From positions 1 to 29,591 of the forward strand of contig CBDUQR010000035.1 of assembly GCA_965369655.1 (NCBI GenBank): 29,591 nucleotides of DNA, given 5' to 3'. The notes beneath the pieces were generated by a model. The model was not told the DNA's origin and did not search any database. It saw only the letters and a list, made by a program, of their open reading frames with translations. This DNA comes from an uncultured bacterium. Lineage in GTDB: Bacteria; Zixibacteria; MSB-5A5; JAABVY01; JAHJOQ01. Below are positions 27,173 through 29,591 of this stretch, one piece after another (position 1 is the first letter of the stretch; every line of letters starts with the position of its first letter). The position numbers and the translations under genes were made by a program.

Positions 27173-28444
27173 ATGAAGTATATTATTACTGCCATATTGC
27201 TGTTCACGATAACGGCAGGCTGTGCCGAGAAAATCGAGTTTGATCGCCAGACAATCTTTGTCAAGGCTCTGCATGATGGCCGAACCGGCAATGGGACCGC
27301 ATACGATCCGTATCGGTCTCTCGAAACCGCGATCGATTCCGCCCCTGATGGGAGCATGATACTCCTTCTTCCCGGTATCTACGAGGCTGAGCCGTCCGAG
27401 TACATCGAATCCGAGTGCGGCAACTGCGAAGAACACCTGACTCAGGTTGCTGCGACTGTCGGATTCCATATTGTGGATAAAACGCTCACGATTCGCGGCG
27501 TCAATCGCGACAGTTGCATCCTGATAACCAATGCCGGTTACGGCGTACTCTTCGAGCGCAGTTACGGTTCCGAAATCTCCAACGTGACGATCACCGGTGG
27601 GATACGTGACTCCGACGGCAACGCGACCGACGCCGCAGTCGTGGCGAAATACTCGCGCGTGGCGGTCGAGAACTGTATCATCGCGGGCAATGTCGACCGC
27701 GACACGACTGTCGTTGTCGGAATCGGCGGAGTCTTCGGCAGGGAGTCATCGAACCTCATCATTCATGGCAACTGGATACGCAACAACAAATGGGATGGGA
27801 TAGCCCTGTATCGCGGCGCAGCCGCATTCATAACGGATAACACGATCGATTCGGGTCGCGGCGCCGGTATCGGAATTACGTGGGATGCGCAAGCCATCGT
27901 CCAGCGAAACAGAATCTCCAACTATTGGAAAGGTATCGGGACATTCGGCAATTCGCGAGCCGTGTTACAGAACAATGTCGTCTTCGACAATCTCGGCTGG
28001 GGAGTGATCCTAAGCGCCGGCTCGTTCATGGAAGTCCGCAACAACACGATCGTCCGCAACGGCAATTGCGGGCTGGCCTGCTGGTCGGAAGAGGCGCGCG
28101 GTGTCGCGATCAACAATATCATCACCGACAATGGCTGGCGTGACGAATGGGTCTGCCCATGTGTGGGGGTCCAGATGTGGGGCAAGCTTCGCAATTTCCC
28201 GGTGTCATATAACAACGTCTGGAATAACGCAGCAGGAAATTACAACGACATGCCGGAGTGGACAGGCAAGTATGGGAATATATCCGTCGATCCGATGTTC
28301 CTCGATTCGCTCGATTTTCAGATGACCGATGATTCGCCTGTCTGGCATGTCGGTGATCCATACTACACCGACCCCGACGGCACCCGCTCGACGATGGGCG
28401 CATACGGCGGCCAGGGTGCAATCGGCTGGCGCATGGGTGAGTAG
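27173..28444 (+). CDS. Lipoprotein with right-handed parallel beta-helix (NosD/pectin-lyase-like)
   Basis: Lipobox TAGC; GNGTAYDPY.SL..AI, LLPGIY; repeated N.I..N...GI; GNISVDPMF..SP..GDP..DG.RS.MGAYGG. SD AGGAG. Confidence 0.85.
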   Translation: MKYIITAILLFTITAGCAEKIEFDRQTIFVKALHDGRTGNGTAYDPYRSLETAIDSAPDGSMILLLPGIYEAEPSEYIESECGNCEEHLTQVAATVGFHIVDKTLTIRGVNRDSCILITNAGYGVLFERSYGSEISNVTITGGIRDSDGNATDAAVVAKYSRVAVENCIIAGNVDRDTTVVVGIGGVFGRESSNLIIHGNWIRNNKWDGIALYRGAAAFITDNTIDSGRGAGIGITWDAQAIVQRNRISNYWKGIGTFGNSRAVLQNNVVFDNLGWGVILSAGSFMEVRNNTIVRNGNCGLACWSEEARGVAINNIITDNGWRDEWVCPCVGVQMWGKLRNFPVSYNNVWNNAAGNYNDMPEWTGKYGNISVDPMFLDSLDFQMTDDSPVWHVGDPYYTDPDGTRSTMGAYGGQGAIGWRMGE

Positions 28445-28450
28445 ACCAAG

Positions 28451-28482
28451 ACCCACTCGGCGTTTCACTCTGGGTGGGCTAC
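28451..28482. repeat. REP-like/terminator-like hairpin ending in CTAC (GTAG on minus strand)
   Basis: CCCACTCGG..CTGGGTGGG-CTAC directly after the beta-helix gene stop. Confidence 0.45.
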
Positions 28483-28492
28483 TTGACTACTA

Positions 28493-28542
28493 TGTTACCC
28501 ATGTGCCCGGTCTAAAGTGTAACCTATGTACCCGGTCGTACA
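28493..28542. mobile_element. Isolated IS481-family-like terminal end (remnant, no transposase)
   Basis: Two 20-bp direct repeats with 25-bp period, TGTTACCCATGTGCCCGGTC and TGTAACCTATGTACCCGGTC, ending in GTACA. This matches the TGT...ACA ends with reiterated transposase sites typical of IS481. Confidence 0.65.
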
Positions 28543-28599
28543 ACAGCCGTGATTAATTGAACAGTGATTTAGCACGGCAAGAATGCCGATGTAAAGACT

Positions 28600-29154
28600 A
28601 TGAAATCGTCCAGAGAGCGAAAATGGCATCAACGATTACTTACCAAAGGGATCGCATCATTCTGGGGATTCTTATTTGGTATATTTTGGAGCAAAATTTG
28701 GGGTATAGCTATATCTGCGCTACCGATTCTGATTAATTGGATATCAGACATACCGCCACCTGTAATCCATGGTGCTGTAGGCGCAATACTCGCTTTTGGC
28801 TATCTCCTACTCATAGATTTGTTACGTTATCTATTGCGTATTAAGTATTGGGCTTACAAGTTAACTCCTATTCAGATATACATGATATGGCTTGCCGGTA
28901 ACGAATCCGCTGATACTATTGCATATCAATGTGTGTTCGATAGTCTTGAACTCCCTAAGGAACACAGAGGAGTGACGCATGGCAAAAGACATCAATTACA
29001 GGATATGAATATACTAACCTATGAAAACGCGGAGATTACACTCACCAAATCAGGTCGTAAGCTGTTCGACAAAGAATATGCTAATTTGGAATTCACACCA
29101 GATATGTTATCTGCCGCGAAAGCTGATGCTCAACAATCATGCAAATCAAACTGA
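28600..29154 (+). CDS. AT-rich hypothetical membrane protein (N-terminal TM helices, possible C-terminal winged helix); gene-cassette-like
   Basis: Hydrophobic N-half; LQDMNIL...ITLTKSG resembles a wHTH wing; visibly lower GC than neighbours; followed by an attC-like site. Confidence 0.7.
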   Translation: MKSSRERKWHQRLLTKGIASFWGFLFGIFWSKIWGIAISALPILINWISDIPPPVIHGAVGAILAFGYLLLIDLLRYLLRIKYWAYKLTPIQIYMIWLAGNESADTIAYQCVFDSLELPKEHRGVTHGKRHQLQDMNILTYENAEITLTKSGRKLFDKEYANLEFTPDMLSAAKADAQQSCKSN

Positions 29155-29159
29155 CCCAC

Positions 29160-29291
29160 CACCAACGATTTGTTCAAGCCGACACCAAACGCGTCTGCGT
29201 CTGATATCGGGGTTAATTGTTTTGGCAAGTGCAAAAAAAAAGACATAAATCATTGATAGATGTTTGGTGCGGCTTAACTCTGCCGCAAGAG
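29160..29291 (+). mobile_element. Integron attC-like recombination site with degenerate R' box
   Basis: R'' CACCAAC, 5-nt spacer, L'' GTTCAAGC, then CGACACCAAAC pairing with GTTTGGTGCG; L' GCTTAAC, 6-nt spacer, R' position GCAAGAG (expected GTTRRRY). There are two extrahelical bases (C in L'', A after it). Confidence 0.65.
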
Positions 29292-29330
29292 AGATCAGAC
29301 TCGATAACCATTTGTTCGGAGGGATCTCAG

Positions 29331-29538
29331 ATGCGAATACTACTCGAAACAATTCTCGTCGTATTGGTCATTGCCATGGTTGGCGGGTGTGCGACACTGC
29401 GACCAACGGTTCAATTGCAGGCACCATTCGATGAGGCTGCCGCAAGAGCGATGCTTGTTGAGGGTATCAATACTATTGAAGGAAGTGCCTTAATTCGCCA
29501 GCAAGGTGGAGGCGTTGTTACGTGCGCTGGCTGTGATG
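29331..29538 (+). pseudogene. Lipoprotein gene apparently interrupted by an IS end (not in ORF track)
   Basis: SD GGAGG; MRILLETILVVLVIAMVGGC-ATLRPTVQLQAPFDEAAARAMLVEGINTIEGSALIRQQGGGVVTCAGCD. The frame continues without a stop into IS-like sequence. Confidence 0.6.
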
Positions 29539-29591
29539 TGAACCTCCCCCGATTAAGTGGACACATCGAGAAGATAGAGTTTTATTCTATT
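29539..29591. mobile_element. IS3-family terminal inverted repeat (element continues beyond window)
   Basis: TGAACCTCCCCCGATTAAGTGGACAC resembles the IS3 end TGATCTTACCCAGCAATAGTGGACAC (TG start, AGTGGACAC box). Confidence 0.7.

Overview
Bacterial chromosomal window. The repeated 'GDAD..DIDDVVYLI.YIF.GGP.P' dockerin tails suggest a Zixibacteria-like FCB-group organism (inference). From left to right it carries a translationally coupled FHA-GAF-PP2C phosphatase / Ser-Thr kinase (TM, TolB-like, TPR) pair; the kinase is missing from the ORF track because it runs off the left edge. Next come a nested cluster of GTAG-led REP-like hairpins and three very large secreted dockerin-tagged proteins: an adhesin-like protein, a gingipain-like C25 protease, and a protein with a putative cohesin-like domain, an LTD and a C39-like protease. 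Interspersed are an ornithine aminotransferase, a 12x IPT/TIG lipoprotein and a cNMP-domain/aspartase fusion. These are followed by a HAD hydrolase, tRNA-Lys(TTT), tRNA-Lys(CTT), a formyltransferase-like gene, an SprT-like gene with a secreted partner, and a beta-helix lipoprotein. The right end is a mobile-DNA hotspot: an IS481-like end, an AT-rich ORF followed by an attC-like site, and a lipoprotein gene interrupted by an IS3-like terminal repeat. The best candidate for an undescribed system is a dockerin/cohesin-assembled extracellular proteolytic complex linked to amino-acid catabolism.
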